Part shown: positions 10,514 to 22,539 of the stretch, one piece after another
Position numbering within the stretch: position 1 is the first letter of the stretch
Layout of the letters: every line of letters starts with the position of its first letter
Assembly (NCBI GenBank): GCA_963781585.1
Contig: CAWAGQ010000013.1
Location: 352,001-416,000, forward strand
Direction of reading: 5' to 3'
Length of the DNA stretch: 64,000 nucleotides
DNA from: an uncultured Gemmatimonadaceae bacterium
GTDB taxonomy: Bacteria > Gemmatimonadota > Gemmatimonadetes > Gemmatimonadales > Gemmatimonadaceae
Notes under the pieces: generated by a model
Databases searched by the model: none
What the model was told of the DNA's origin: nothing
The model's input: the letters and a program-made list of their open reading frames with translations, nothing else
Translations under genes and position numbers: made by a program

Positions 10514-11410
10514 ATGCCCGACGTCGAACTCTCGGTAGTCGTTCCCGCGGTCAACACGCTGCTGGACCTCACGGGGTGCCTCGAAGCGTTGGACGCGCAG
10601 CGCGGCGAAGTGCAACTCGAAGTCCTCGTCATGAATCGGCTGGGCGCCCCGATTCGCGAGGCACTGCCGCGGCTGTTTCCATGGGTGCGGGTGCTCGACG
10701 TGCCGGCCGACACCACGATTCCCGAAATGCGAGCCGCGGCATTCCGCGCCGCCCAGGGCCGCGCGGTGGCCGTGATCGAGGATCACGTGGTCGTGCCGCG
10801 CGGCTGGGCGCGGCAGATGCTCGCGGCGCTCGGCGAGGGGAAGGTCGTGGTGGGTGGCGCGGTGGAGAATGCGGCGACCGGCACCCTCATGGACTGGGCC
10901 GCGTTTCTGTGCGAGTACAGTCACTGCATCCCGCCTATCGAGTCGGGCGCGGTGAGCTGGCTGACCGGCAACAACGTGGTGTACGACCGGCGACTGCTCG
11001 ACGCCCATCGCCAGGTCCTTGAGGCGGGCAAGTGGGAGAACTACCTCCATGATACGCTGCGTGCCGAAGGGATCGAGCTGACCTGCCATCCGGAAATCGT
11101 GGTGGGCCACAAGAAGCACTACTCGTTCGGCGAGTACCTCTCGCAGCGCTACCTCTACGCGCGCTCCTACGCGGGCGCGCGGGTGGCTGGCGCCCCGCTC
11201 CCCAGGCGCCTCGCGTACGGGCTCGCCGCGTTGGCGTTGCCGCCGCTGCTCCTGTATCGCACCGTGTCACGCATTGCCCGAAAGGGGAGATACATGGGAA
11301 CGTTGGCCAAGTCGATCCCTCTGATCGCGGCGTTCGTCGTCTCCTGGGGGGTGGGCGAGGTGGTGGGGTATTGGGTTGGTCCGGGCGACGCACTCAGCAA
11401 GGTGTGCTGA
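10514..11410 (+). CDS. Glycosyltransferase family 2 with C-terminal TM helices
   Basis: LSVVVP start, AVAVIEDH, VGGAVEN, NNVVYDR, SWGVGEVVGY; paralog of 8448-9356. Confidence 0.82.
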   Translation: MPDVELSVVVPAVNTLLDLTGCLEALDAQRGEVQLEVLVMNRLGAPIREALPRLFPWVRVLDVPADTTIPEMRAAAFRAAQGRAVAVIEDHVVVPRGWARQMLAALGEGKVVVGGAVENAATGTLMDWAAFLCEYSHCIPPIESGAVSWLTGNNVVYDRRLLDAHRQVLEAGKWENYLHDTLRAEGIELTCHPEIVVGHKKHYSFGEYLSQRYLYARSYAGARVAGAPLPRRLAYGLAALALPPLLLYRTVSRIARKGRYMGTLAKSIPLIAAFVVSWGVGEVVGYWVGPGDALSKVC

Positions 11411-11429
11411 CCCGCAGCAGCTTCGCTTC

Positions 11430-12821
11430 TCAGGCGTTGCGGTCGATGCAGGTATTGTTGCCGATCGGCAGGTTGGGATTGTTCTGTTCGGCCTGCGGAA
11501 CCGGGATCGTGACGTCAGTACCGTAGTTGCCACCCTTGTGCCACGCACCGGTCGGGAACACGGCATCGGCGCCCCGCCCGTACTGCCGGATGAGTCGGCG
11601 CAGATCGCCCACCCGGTGGCCGGTGGAGAACATCCAGAACCCCCGCTCGCGGAATAGCTGATCCACGCGCGCCGCGTCGCTGCCCGCGTCGCTGAGCGGC
11701 GTGAGGCCGGACACCGTGGTGCGTGCGGCGTTGAGGGTCGCGAGCGACCCGCCGGGGTTGCCTGCCTTCAGCTGCGCCTCGGCTTCGATCATTCGTGCCT
11801 CGATCCCGCTCACGATGGTGACAGACGCGTCGCGGGTCGCCCAGATCCGCTGCACGTAGATCGGTGTGGTGAGATCGTCGCGAACGGTCTGGGTGACGCC
11901 GATCGCCTTGCACACCGCGTCGCCGCCCTGGCAGGTGGGAAGACGCGGGTCGTTCGCGGTCGCGAAGTTGAGCCCGTTGGTCCCCTCGCCCGTGCTGACG
12001 CTGTACCGCCGGGCGCTGTTGTTGTAGGACCAGATCTGATTGCTGTTCGTCGTCTGGGCATGGAACATCTGATAGACGAACGACGTCGAGACGCCGGCCA
12101 CGGCGGTCGCGGCCGAGGCGTACTGGTTCATGTTGAGCAGGATCCGCCCTTTGATCACTCGCAGTGCGCTCGCGACCTTGACATCGCTCGCGGTCGTACC
12201 CGTGATCAGGGCCAGCCCCGAATCGGCGTGCGCAAGCGCCCGCTCGAACGTGGCTTCCACCGTAATCGGCTCTCCATACTTCTCAGCCCCGTCCACCACC
12301 GTGCTGAAAATGATGCCGTTGCAGTAGTCCTCGCCCATGATGTTCTCGACGAACGCCTCCACGAAGTACATCTCGGCGACGTTGGCGTGCGGAGCGCTCG
12401 GGTTGTACTGGTCGAGCAGCTGGATCGCCTGCTCCGCGGACAGCCGCGCGCGATGCATCGAACGGTTGGCGCTGGTGAGAAAGTTGTTCTGGATCGTGAT
12501 GGTTCGTTCGTCGATCTCCTGACGGGCGATGAAGGAGTCGCCGTTGTTCCACTCGTCGGCGAACAGCCCGCCCAGAAGGAAGATCCCCTCGTCACCCGAC
12601 GAACCGCCGCTGGTGGCGGAGTTGAGCCGGGCCAGTGCGCCCAGGCGCACCGCGTCGGCCCCGGCGGCGGACGCGACGTTCCCGGGATTGATGATGTCGG
12701 GGTCGGTGACCCCCAGAATCTCATCCGGTGTCCTGCAGGCGCTCATCGGCAGCGCCGCAAGCGCGATCACCGAGAGGAGGTAGCGCGCCGTACGCGCTCT
12801 CTTGATGGTATGTGCGTGCAT
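11430..12821 (-). CDS. SusD/RagB-like nutrient-binding outer-membrane lipoprotein
   Basis: Lipobox-like MSAC; EARMIEAEA, RERGFWMFSTGHRVGDLRR, IPVPQAEQNNPN; directly downstream of the SusC-like gene. Confidence 0.85.
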   Translation of the reverse strand: MHAHTIKRARTARYLLSVIALAALPMSACRTPDEILGVTDPDIINPGNVASAAGADAVRLGALARLNSATSGGSSGDEGIFLLGGLFADEWNNGDSFIARQEIDERTITIQNNFLTSANRSMHRARLSAEQAIQLLDQYNPSAPHANVAEMYFVEAFVENIMGEDYCNGIIFSTVVDGAEKYGEPITVEATFERALAHADSGLALITGTTASDVKVASALRVIKGRILLNMNQYASAATAVAGVSTSFVYQMFHAQTTNSNQIWSYNNSARRYSVSTGEGTNGLNFATANDPRLPTCQGGDAVCKAIGVTQTVRDDLTTPIYVQRIWATRDASVTIVSGIEARMIEAEAQLKAGNPGGSLATLNAARTTVSGLTPLSDAGSDAARVDQLFRERGFWMFSTGHRVGDLRRLIRQYGRGADAVFPTGAWHKGGNYGTDVTIPVPQAEQNNPNLPIGNNTCIDRNA

Positions 12822-12828
12822 GCGTGCC

Positions 12829-15933
<3,105 letters not shown>

Positions 15934-16427
15934 AGGCACTCTCCGAGGAGGATCCGTGAATGTGGCAGGGAACCAGGGCGCCGGGTCGCGGGCCACCATG
16001 CACTGTCGATGGCTGGCGATCACGTCGGCGCCGCTCCGCCCCGATGTTCGCGGCGGCGCGTGCGCAAACCCCGACCGCCGCCGGTGACTACGGCGTGCGG
16101 TCCATCGGTTCGCGTTAGGGTGCGGAGGCAGAATCCGCGACTGCTGCGTCATTCGTGCATCTGGGGTCGAATAAGCTGCGACGTCCCCTCCGGATTCACA
16201 ATGGCGATTCAGCGGACACGGTGACCGGGCGACCGCGCGCCGGGACAAGCCGCGTATCGACGGCCTCGACTGTGCCGAATGCCTCCAACGGAACCGGCTA
16301 CCGCGCCGCTGGCGGTCGACTTGTGAACGGGAGGGTGCCGACACGGATTGCTCGACGCACGAGGTCCGTCCGCGACGCCGGCGCTGGGTGTCCGGGTGGC
16401 AGAGTCGGGTCCTTGCATCTGAAGGCC

Positions 16428-16456
16428 TTGACGTCGTTCGAGAGAGCCACGATCGT
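16428..16456 (+). promoter_or_regulatory. Putative sigma70-type promoter for the structured leader and the gene at 16622
   Basis: TTGACG (16428-16433), 17-nt spacer, weak -10 GATCGT (16451-16456); predicted TSS near 16463. Confidence 0.4.
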
Positions 16457-16462
16457 ACCGGC

Positions 16463-16624
16463 GGCGACGATCCGCGCCGAACCTCTCGAAGACTCCGCCC
16501 CAGCCGGAGTCCTGTGCGAGGCAAAGGGGGGGCATACTCCCGGATCTGTATCGTCGGTCCTTTGCGTCGCCATGGCGCGCTGCTGGGGAGAGGCCATGGT
16601 GCGCCCAAAGGAGACACGACGATG
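16463..16624 (+). ncRNA. Candidate cis-regulatory structured 5' leader (translational switch)
   Basis: Hairpin 16550-16623 pairs over the SD and AUG; competing upstream segments CGACGAT (16465-71) and GCAAAGG (16521-27); hairpin 16491-16511 whose loop CCCCAGC complements GCTGGGG (16582-88). Confidence 0.62.
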
Positions 16625-17341
16625 CCGATCAACAAGGATCTCAAGCGCCTGGTTCGCGCTCGCATGAGAAAGACGGGCGAAGCCTACACCGCCGCCCGCG
16701 CGCAGATCATCAGGAAGGGCAGGGCGCGGACCGCTCTGTCGACCGCCGACGCCACGCCCCCCCTCGCATCCGCTCCCGCGCCAAAGGACTACGCGAAGCT
16801 CGCCGGCACGAGCGACGCGGCCCTGAAGGCGAAGACGGGATGCACCTGGGAGCGCTGGGTGCGCTCGCTCGACCACCATGGCGCCGACAGGATGACGCAC
16901 CGCGACATTGCCGCGATGGTCCGGTCGAAGTACAGGATCGATGGATGGTGGTCGCAGACGGTCGCGGTCGGGTACGAGCGCATCAAGGGGTTGCGCGCGC
17001 GCGGCCAGCAGCGCAACGGGACGTACGAGATGACCAAGTCGCGGACGTTCGGGGTACCGGTGACGACTTTGTTTGCAGCCTGGGCCGATGCGGACATCCG
17101 CCGCCGTTGGTTGAATGGCGCGTCCGTGAGGGTGCGCCGGTCCACGGCGCCCAGATCGATGCGGCTCGACTGGACTGACGGGAGCATCGTTGCCGTCGGG
17201 TTCATGTCAAAGGGCAGGTCGAAGAGTTCTGTGGCCGTCGCGCACACGAAGCTGCCCGATTGGGAGACGGCGGACCGGCTCCGGAAGGAGTGGGCCGAGC
17301 GGCTGGAGGCGCTGGGGAAGGCCGTGGGCCAGACGTCATAG
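16622..17341 (+). CDS. Uncharacterised 239-aa protein: basic N-terminal helical motif + DUF4287-like domain + SRPBCC/START-like C-terminal domain
   Basis: ATG after AAGGAG; KDLKRLVRARMRKTGEAYTAAR; KAKTGCTWERW..LD..THRDIA..GWWSQTVAVGYE; TKSRTFGVPVTTLFAAWAD..VAVAHTKLPD..W. Confidence 0.75.
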   Translation: MPINKDLKRLVRARMRKTGEAYTAARAQIIRKGRARTALSTADATPPLASAPAPKDYAKLAGTSDAALKAKTGCTWERWVRSLDHHGADRMTHRDIAAMVRSKYRIDGWWSQTVAVGYERIKGLRARGQQRNGTYEMTKSRTFGVPVTTLFAAWADADIRRRWLNGASVRVRRSTAPRSMRLDWTDGSIVAVGFMSKGRSKSSVAVAHTKLPDWETADRLRKEWAERLEALGKAVGQTS

Positions 17342-17395
17342 GCCAAAGGCCATGGGCCAGAGGACAAGGTCACAGCCCAAGGGTCACAGGCCATG
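17341..17395. repeat. Degenerate heptamer tandem array, consensus GG(C/T)CANN, about 8 units
   Basis: ggccaaa-ggccatg-ggccaga-ggacaa-ggtcaca-gcccaag-ggtcaca-ggccatg, starting at the stop codon. Confidence 0.6.
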
Positions 17396-17412
17396 AAAGG
17401 ACATGGTTCGCC

Positions 17413-17451
17413 GCCTGACCCGGGATCGCCGCATCGGGTCCCGGGTCGGGC
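17413..17451 (+). terminator. 15-bp GC-rich stem-loop downstream of 16622-17341 (terminator or stability hairpin)
   Basis: GCCTGACCCGGGATC / GGTCCCGGGTCGGGC with 2 G-U pairs and a 9-nt loop; no clear U-tract. Confidence 0.5.
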
Positions 17452-17660
17452 ATCCCAGCCGTACGCAGCCCAAACCCTGAGCCATGATTGCGTTGTCCGG
17501 TCGCGAGATGAAGAGCTCGAAGCCGAAGCAGACGGTTGCTGCCGCTGCCCCATCCACGGCAGGGCCTAACGGGTTATGAGCAGGCCGCGCGGGAACTCGT
17601 CAGGCACTATCACCGTATCGTGGCCACCGATGCCAGTGCTGCACGTCCGGGTGGGGCGCC

Positions 17661-17709
17661 CTGGCGCCGGCTGGTGCGTGTTGGCGCCGGCTGGTGCGCC
17701 CTGGCGCCG
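17661..17709. repeat. Direct repeats of (C/T)TGG(C/T)GC at 10-bp spacing (20-bp higher-order unit)
   Basis: ctggcgccgg-ctggtgcgtg-ttggcgccgg-ctggtgcgcc-ctggcgccg. Confidence 0.65.
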
Positions 17710-17719
17710 CAAGGGTGCG

Positions 17720-20143
17720 CTACCCGGCCGAGAGGCTCTTCCGTGCGTCGACACGCATGGCGCGGATCGCCGATGGCGCCGCAGTCAGGGCTGCCAGCCC
17801 GAGTACACTCAGGCTGACTGTCGCGAATACCAGGAGCGATCGCGGTGCGATCCCGAACACGAACGCCCGGAGGGCGCCCGCCAGCAGCCACGCCCCGACC
17901 AGTCCGGCCGCCACGCCGGGAATCGTCAGGCGTGCCGCCTGCGCGAGCACCGCGCGGCCCAGGTCACCCGGTGCGGCACCGAAAATGAGCCGCAACGCGA
18001 ACTCGCGCTCACGGTTGGCCACGAGCTGCCGCATGACTCCGTAGCTGCCCAGTCCGACAATGGCGACTGCCATCAGCGCGAATCCAAGCAGCACCAGGGC
18101 CCGCAGCCGGGCCAGGGCGTTGGCCTGCGCAACGAGTGTGTCGAGCGTCGTCGTCGCACTTGCCGCAACGATTGGATCGGTGGCTTTCAGCGCCCGCCGA
18201 AGTGCCGCGAGCGCGGCGCCCGGCGCGCTTCCGGATTCCACCACGATGGAGAGTCGCGACACCGACGTCTGCGCGAACGGCACATAGACCGTCTGGCCCT
18301 CCGGCGCGTTGTATCCGGCGTCCATCACATTGCCTGCGATGCCGACGATCTCGAGTGTCTGCGGAGGCGCCGTGCTGCTGGCGATCCGGAGGATCCGTTT
18401 GCCAACCGCGTTTTCTCCCGGCCAGTACCTGGCTGCCAGCGCGGCGCTCACGATCGCCACCGGCCTGGACGCGGAATCGTCGTGCGCGTCGAATGCCCGA
18501 CCGCGCAACACGGGGATTCCCATGGCGTGCAGATAGCCGGGTGAGACGCGGCGGAAATTGAACAGTGTCGGCTCGCCGGACGTGGAGCCGTCCGGGGCCG
18601 GAACCAGGAACCGCCCACCCCAAGGGACGTCGCCGACCGGCAGGGTGTTGGTGAAGCCGGCCATGCGCAGCGATCCGTCGCGTGCGAGGTTGGCCAGCAA
18701 CGCGTTACCGAAGGCGACCCTCGTCGCGTGCGATGGGTATTGCGCGTCAGGCAGCGTGATGCGTGCCACCACCTTGTGTGCCGAGATGAATCCGTCGGGC
18801 ACGTTGGCGAGATTGCGGAACGTGACGGCGATGAGTGCCGCGCTCGCGAGCACCACCACCGACAGCGCAGACTGCATGACCACCATCGCTTTCTGCCACC
18901 GGAGGGCCCCCGACGAAAGCGTCATTGCACGCGACGAGGCCCGCAGCGCCTCCACCACGTTGCTGCGGCGGCTGAACCAGACCGGCAGCGTGCCGGCAGC
19001 GAGCGTCGCGACCGCCGCCACGGCGGCACTGAGGAGGAGAACCGTGCCATCGAGGCGCAGGTTCGCCAGGAAGTAATCCGAAGACGTACCGACGTTCATC
19101 TGGCGCGCCGCCGAGACCGCGAGGAAGGCGACGACCGTGCCAAACATGAATCCCATCGCAACCACCACAGCGCTCTGGGTCAGGAGCAGCCGCATCACGC
19201 GATGCTGCCGCGCCCCCAGCGCCACGCGCACCGCCATCTCGGGCGCTCGCTCGAACCCCCACGCCATCAGCAGTGATGCGAGGTTGAGCACGGCGAGCAC
19301 CAGCAGCACGGCAGCACCCGCCTGAATGAGCAGGACGGTGGCGTCAGCGCCGGACAGGAGCTGCTCGCGCAGCGTCTGCGGCACGTAGTGATAGTCGCGG
19401 TTGTCGGGCGGGTTGGCGTCGCGCGTGCGACGGGTGAACTCCGCGAGTTCGGCCCGCACGGCCTCGCCTGATCTCCCGTCGGCGACGCGGCCGAACACGG
19501 TGAGGAGACGACCGCCGTTGATGGCCGCTCGCTGTGCCGGAGGAAGGTCGAACGGCTGCCAGATGTCCGTGGGTGCGGGCTGGGCAAAGCCCTCGGGCAT
19601 CACCCCGATGACGGTGGTGCGCACCCCGTTGATTGTGAGTGCGCGTCCGATGACGGACGAATCGCCGGCGAGCGCGCCGTTCCAGAACGCGTGACTCACC
19701 ACCACGACCGGCGCCGGTGACGGCCCCTCCTCCGCCGGCGTGAACGCGCGGCCGAGGATGGGCTGGACACGCATTGTCGGGAAGAAGCTGGCGGTGGCGA
19801 GCGTGGCCTGCAACGAACGAACTTCACCGTGGTCATCCCAGCTCGCGATGTTCGAGACGAGGCAGGTCACGTCGGCGAACGCGCGCTGCGTTGCGCGGAT
19901 GAGTTGGTAGTTCGGGTACGCATCGTTGAAGAGCACCATGCCGCGCCCCGGCAGGTCGCGCTCCGGGGCGATCACGATCAGCCGGTCGGGCTCCGGGACC
20001 GCGAATCCCGCGAACAGGAAGCCGCGGACAACGGAAAAGGCCGTGGTGTTGGCACCTAACGCGCCGGCCATGGTGAGCACGGCGACTGCCGCGACGGTCC
20101 GGCGGCGGGCCAGGAAGCGGATACTGGCGATGAGATCGTTCAT
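17720..20143 (-). CDS. ADOP-type duplicated MacB/FtsX ABC permease, without the N-terminal prefix domain
   Basis: Two MacB_PCD+FtsX units (EMAVRVALGA, REFALRLIFGA); ATG overlaps the stop of the CGNR gene (ATGA). Confidence 0.88.
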   Translation of the reverse strand: MNDLIASIRFLARRRTVAAVAVLTMAGALGANTTAFSVVRGFLFAGFAVPEPDRLIVIAPERDLPGRGMVLFNDAYPNYQLIRATQRAFADVTCLVSNIASWDDHGEVRSLQATLATASFFPTMRVQPILGRAFTPAEEGPSPAPVVVVSHAFWNGALAGDSSVIGRALTINGVRTTVIGVMPEGFAQPAPTDIWQPFDLPPAQRAAINGGRLLTVFGRVADGRSGEAVRAELAEFTRRTRDANPPDNRDYHYVPQTLREQLLSGADATVLLIQAGAAVLLVLAVLNLASLLMAWGFERAPEMAVRVALGARQHRVMRLLLTQSAVVVAMGFMFGTVVAFLAVSAARQMNVGTSSDYFLANLRLDGTVLLLSAAVAAVATLAAGTLPVWFSRRSNVVEALRASSRAMTLSSGALRWQKAMVVMQSALSVVVLASAALIAVTFRNLANVPDGFISAHKVVARITLPDAQYPSHATRVAFGNALLANLARDGSLRMAGFTNTLPVGDVPWGGRFLVPAPDGSTSGEPTLFNFRRVSPGYLHAMGIPVLRGRAFDAHDDSASRPVAIVSAALAARYWPGENAVGKRILRIASSTAPPQTLEIVGIAGNVMDAGYNAPEGQTVYVPFAQTSVSRLSIVVESGSAPGAALAALRRALKATDPIVAASATTTLDTLVAQANALARLRALVLLGFALMAVAIVGLGSYGVMRQLVANREREFALRLIFGAAPGDLGRAVLAQAARLTIPGVAAGLVGAWLLAGALRAFVFGIAPRSLLVFATVSLSVLGLAALTAAPSAIRAMRVDARKSLSAG

Positions 20144-20766
20144 CGGTCGCCTCGTCGGCGCCGGGCGCGCCGGTGGTAGGTGGCCATCTTGGCTCGGATG
20201 CCGCAACGCGCCATGCTGCACCAGCGCCGACTGTGGTTCTTCGTGCCGTCGAGAAAGAAGATCACGCACGCCGGATCGCTGCATTGACCGACGCGCTCCA
20301 GTGTGCCGCCGGTGAGCAGATCGCGGATCGAGGCCGCAATCGGTGCGAGTGGGCGGCGCGGGTCGCCGCCCGCAACCCGGTCTTCCGTCCGGAAGCGCCC
20401 GTGGTGCCAGACCAGGGTCGGAAGCAGGGGCCGGGTGGCGATGAGGTCGTTGGTCAGTGCGCCGAGCCGCCGGCATGCGCCGTCTTCGACGGCCGCTCGC
20501 GCCGTGACCCTCCCGAGAACGCGGCGCAACGCCCGGCGCAGGTCGCGTGCCGCGCGCAGCACGGTGCGGGCGTCCCGCTGCCGCCATCCGCGGACCGCGG
20601 CGCGCAGGTCAGGGGACGCGAGCACCCCCGCGGCGTCGAGCCAGCGCACCAGATCACGCGGTCCCTCCAGCCGGTCGACCGCCCGGCCGCCCGACATCAG
20701 CTCGGTGTTCGCGAAGTCGAGGCAGAGGACCCCACCGTCGAACACGAAACCGTCGCGATCCGCCAC
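20140..20766 (-). CDS. ABATE / CGNR zinc-finger domain regulator
   Basis: [12 protein letters not shown]-terminal [36 protein letters not shown] 20766 after GGAGG. Confidence 0.9.
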   Translation of the reverse strand: MADRDGFVFDGGVLCLDFANTELMSGGRAVDRLEGPRDLVRWLDAAGVLASPDLRAAVRGWRQRDARTVLRAARDLRRALRRVLGRVTARAAVEDGACRRLGALTNDLIATRPLLPTLVWHHGRFRTEDRVAGGDPRRPLAPIAASIRDLLTGGTLERVGQCSDPACVIFFLDGTKNHSRRWCSMARCGIRAKMATYHRRARRRRGDR

Positions 20767-20803
20767 AGCCCCTCCACGCAAGGTTGCCCCGGTCGCCGCT
20801 AGT

Positions 20804-20830
20804 TACCGGCAAAATAGTCTTTTGACGGTA
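20804..20830. promoter_or_regulatory. Operator-like palindrome upstream of the CGNR gene
   Basis: TACCGGCAAAA-tagtc-TTTTGACGGTA; 10 of 11 arm positions complementary; AT-rich patch in GC-rich DNA. Confidence 0.65.
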
Positions 20831-21073
20831 GTGCCCCCGGGCCACCACGTCAATCCCCGCGGTCGCGCGCGCGGCGCCGTCGACCGCTGCACGGCGTGTG
20901 CTGCCGGTGAGGAGGAGGCCAGCGCGGAGGCCGGCGCGCGCCGCCGGCGACGCATCGAAATCCCACCCGCATCCGTCCCGGACCAGACCGGGGGGGTGTC
21001 GGCGACCCCAGGGGTGCCCCATCATGCGCGTCCAGTGGCTCGTGCAGATTCGTGCGTTCACCCCGAGGCCCGC

Positions 21074-21706
21074 ATGGCAGCGCCTGGACCATCGCCCGAC
21101 ACCCGGCACCCTGTTGCCGGCGTCACCCGCATGGGATTCCTGCGGAATTTCATCACCCGCCCGAACATCATTGTCGGCGACTACACGTACTACGACGATC
21201 CTCGCGGTCCGGAACAATTCGAGCAGAACGTCCTCTACCACTTCGACTTCAATCACGATCGGCTCGTGATTGGCAGGTTCTGCTCCATCGCTGCCGAGGT
21301 GCGGTTCATCATGAATGGCGGGAACCACGCAACCACCTGGATGACGACCTACCCGTTCCCGATCTTCGGCCAGAGGTGGGAACTAGCGCTGCCACCTTCC
21401 TGGCCGAACAAAGGTGACACGACGGTCGGCCATGACGTGTGGCTGGGATACGGCGCGCTGATCATGCCGGGCATCACCATCGGTAACGGCGCGATCATCG
21501 CGAGCGCGTCGGTCGTCACCCGGGACGTGCCCGCATACGCCGTGGTGGGAGGCAACCCGGCCCGAGTACTTCGCCGCCGCTTCGACGACGCGACAATAGC
21601 GCGGCTCGAAGCGTTGCGCTGGTGGGATTGGGATGCTCGGAAGATTGCGCGGAACGTGGCGGCGCTGTGCAGTAGCGATGTCGACGCGCTGGAACGCGCG
21701 AACTGA
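21074..21706 (+). CDS. Vat/CatB-family xenobiotic O-acetyltransferase (hexapeptide repeat)
   Basis: [60 protein letters not shown]. Confidence 0.88.
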   Translation: MAAPGPSPDTRHPVAGVTRMGFLRNFITRPNIIVGDYTYYDDPRGPEQFEQNVLYHFDFNHDRLVIGRFCSIAAEVRFIMNGGNHATTWMTTYPFPIFGQRWELALPPSWPNKGDTTVGHDVWLGYGALIMPGITIGNGAIIASASVVTRDVPAYAVVGGNPARVLRRRFDDATIARLEALRWWDWDARKIARNVAALCSSDVDALERAN

Positions 21707-21814
21707 TCGCCACGCCTTCGCGCCAACGCCTGACGGCTCCCGCGAAAGTACGACTCAATCTGCTTGCGCCCCGGCCGCGGGCCGACACCGGAGGTGCCAG
21801 CCCGCCTCAACGCG

Positions 21815-22243
21815 CTACTTGGTGGCCCCGCTGATCTGTTGCACCAGCGTGTCGATGTCGAAGTATTGCCGGATGGACTTCGCTTTGCCGTCCGCAACCT
21901 CGATGATCTGGCAAGCGCGAAGCTCGATCGGGCGCCCGGTGGCTGCGATGTCGCCACTCGGCATCTTGAGGGACCCCTTCTGGTGGCCGCGCCACGTCAG
22001 TTCCAGCGTCACGGTGTTGCCGCTCGCCGTGGCTGACTCGAACGTCGCCGTCGAGTCGGGAATCGCCTCGGCCCAACCTTTCCACGCAGTAATGACGTCG
22101 TTTGCGCCGGTGAGTCGGCGGTGGGTGCCGACCTCGTCGTACACAACAGTCGGAAGGATCGTCTCTCGCACTCGGTCCCAATTCTTGGCGTTGTACGCCT
22201 CCACCGAGGCCTTCGCAATGTCGATGGGATTCTGCGTTGCCAT
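21815..22243 (-). CDS. SnoaL-like ester cyclase / NTF2-fold protein
   Basis: VEAYNAKNWD, ELTWRGHQKG, IAATGRPIE, RQYFD; GGAGGT RBS. Confidence 0.82.
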   Translation of the reverse strand: MATQNPIDIAKASVEAYNAKNWDRVRETILPTVVYDEVGTHRRLTGANDVITAWKGWAEAIPDSTATFESATASGNTVTLELTWRGHQKGSLKMPSGDIAATGRPIELRACQIIEVADGKAKSIRQYFDIDTLVQQISGATK

Positions 22244-22311
22244 GATCTACCTCCAGAGAAACTTGGACAACGCGAACGTATCGCCGCGACGCGGATCGCG
22301 ACAGCCCGGAT

Positions 22312-22332
22312 ACGAACTCGCTGCAAGTTCGT
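22312..22332. promoter_or_regulatory. Perfect 7-7-7 inverted repeat in the divergent cyclase/monooxygenase intergenic region
   Basis: ACGAACT-CGCTGCA-AGTTCGT. Confidence 0.4.
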
Positions 22333-22539
22333 TGTCTCGCGGGGCCGGCACGGTTGCATTCCACTCTGCGCGTGCACTCCGACGTCCAAGCGCACGAGCC
22401 GATGAGAGCGCCGCACTCAGTGATGCTGTTCAGTGCGACGTCGACGTGGCCGGTTGACATCGCGGCAATGCGGGCCACATTGGGAGAAAGGTCGCTGGCG
22501 AGCGATCGGACATGCCCGACGCCGGAATCCGGAGGCGAG

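Noticed and set aside
15960..16400. Cobalamin or TPP riboswitch in the long SusC upstream region
   Set aside because: I recognised no B12-box or TPP core motif on the minus strand.
15934..16665. Long N-terminal extension of SusC in the ORF track (likewise for the S9, AmpC-like, Vat, ADOP and VPS10 ORFs)
   Set aside because: The extensions are Arg/Pro-rich and not protein-like; downstream starts have an RBS and signal peptides.
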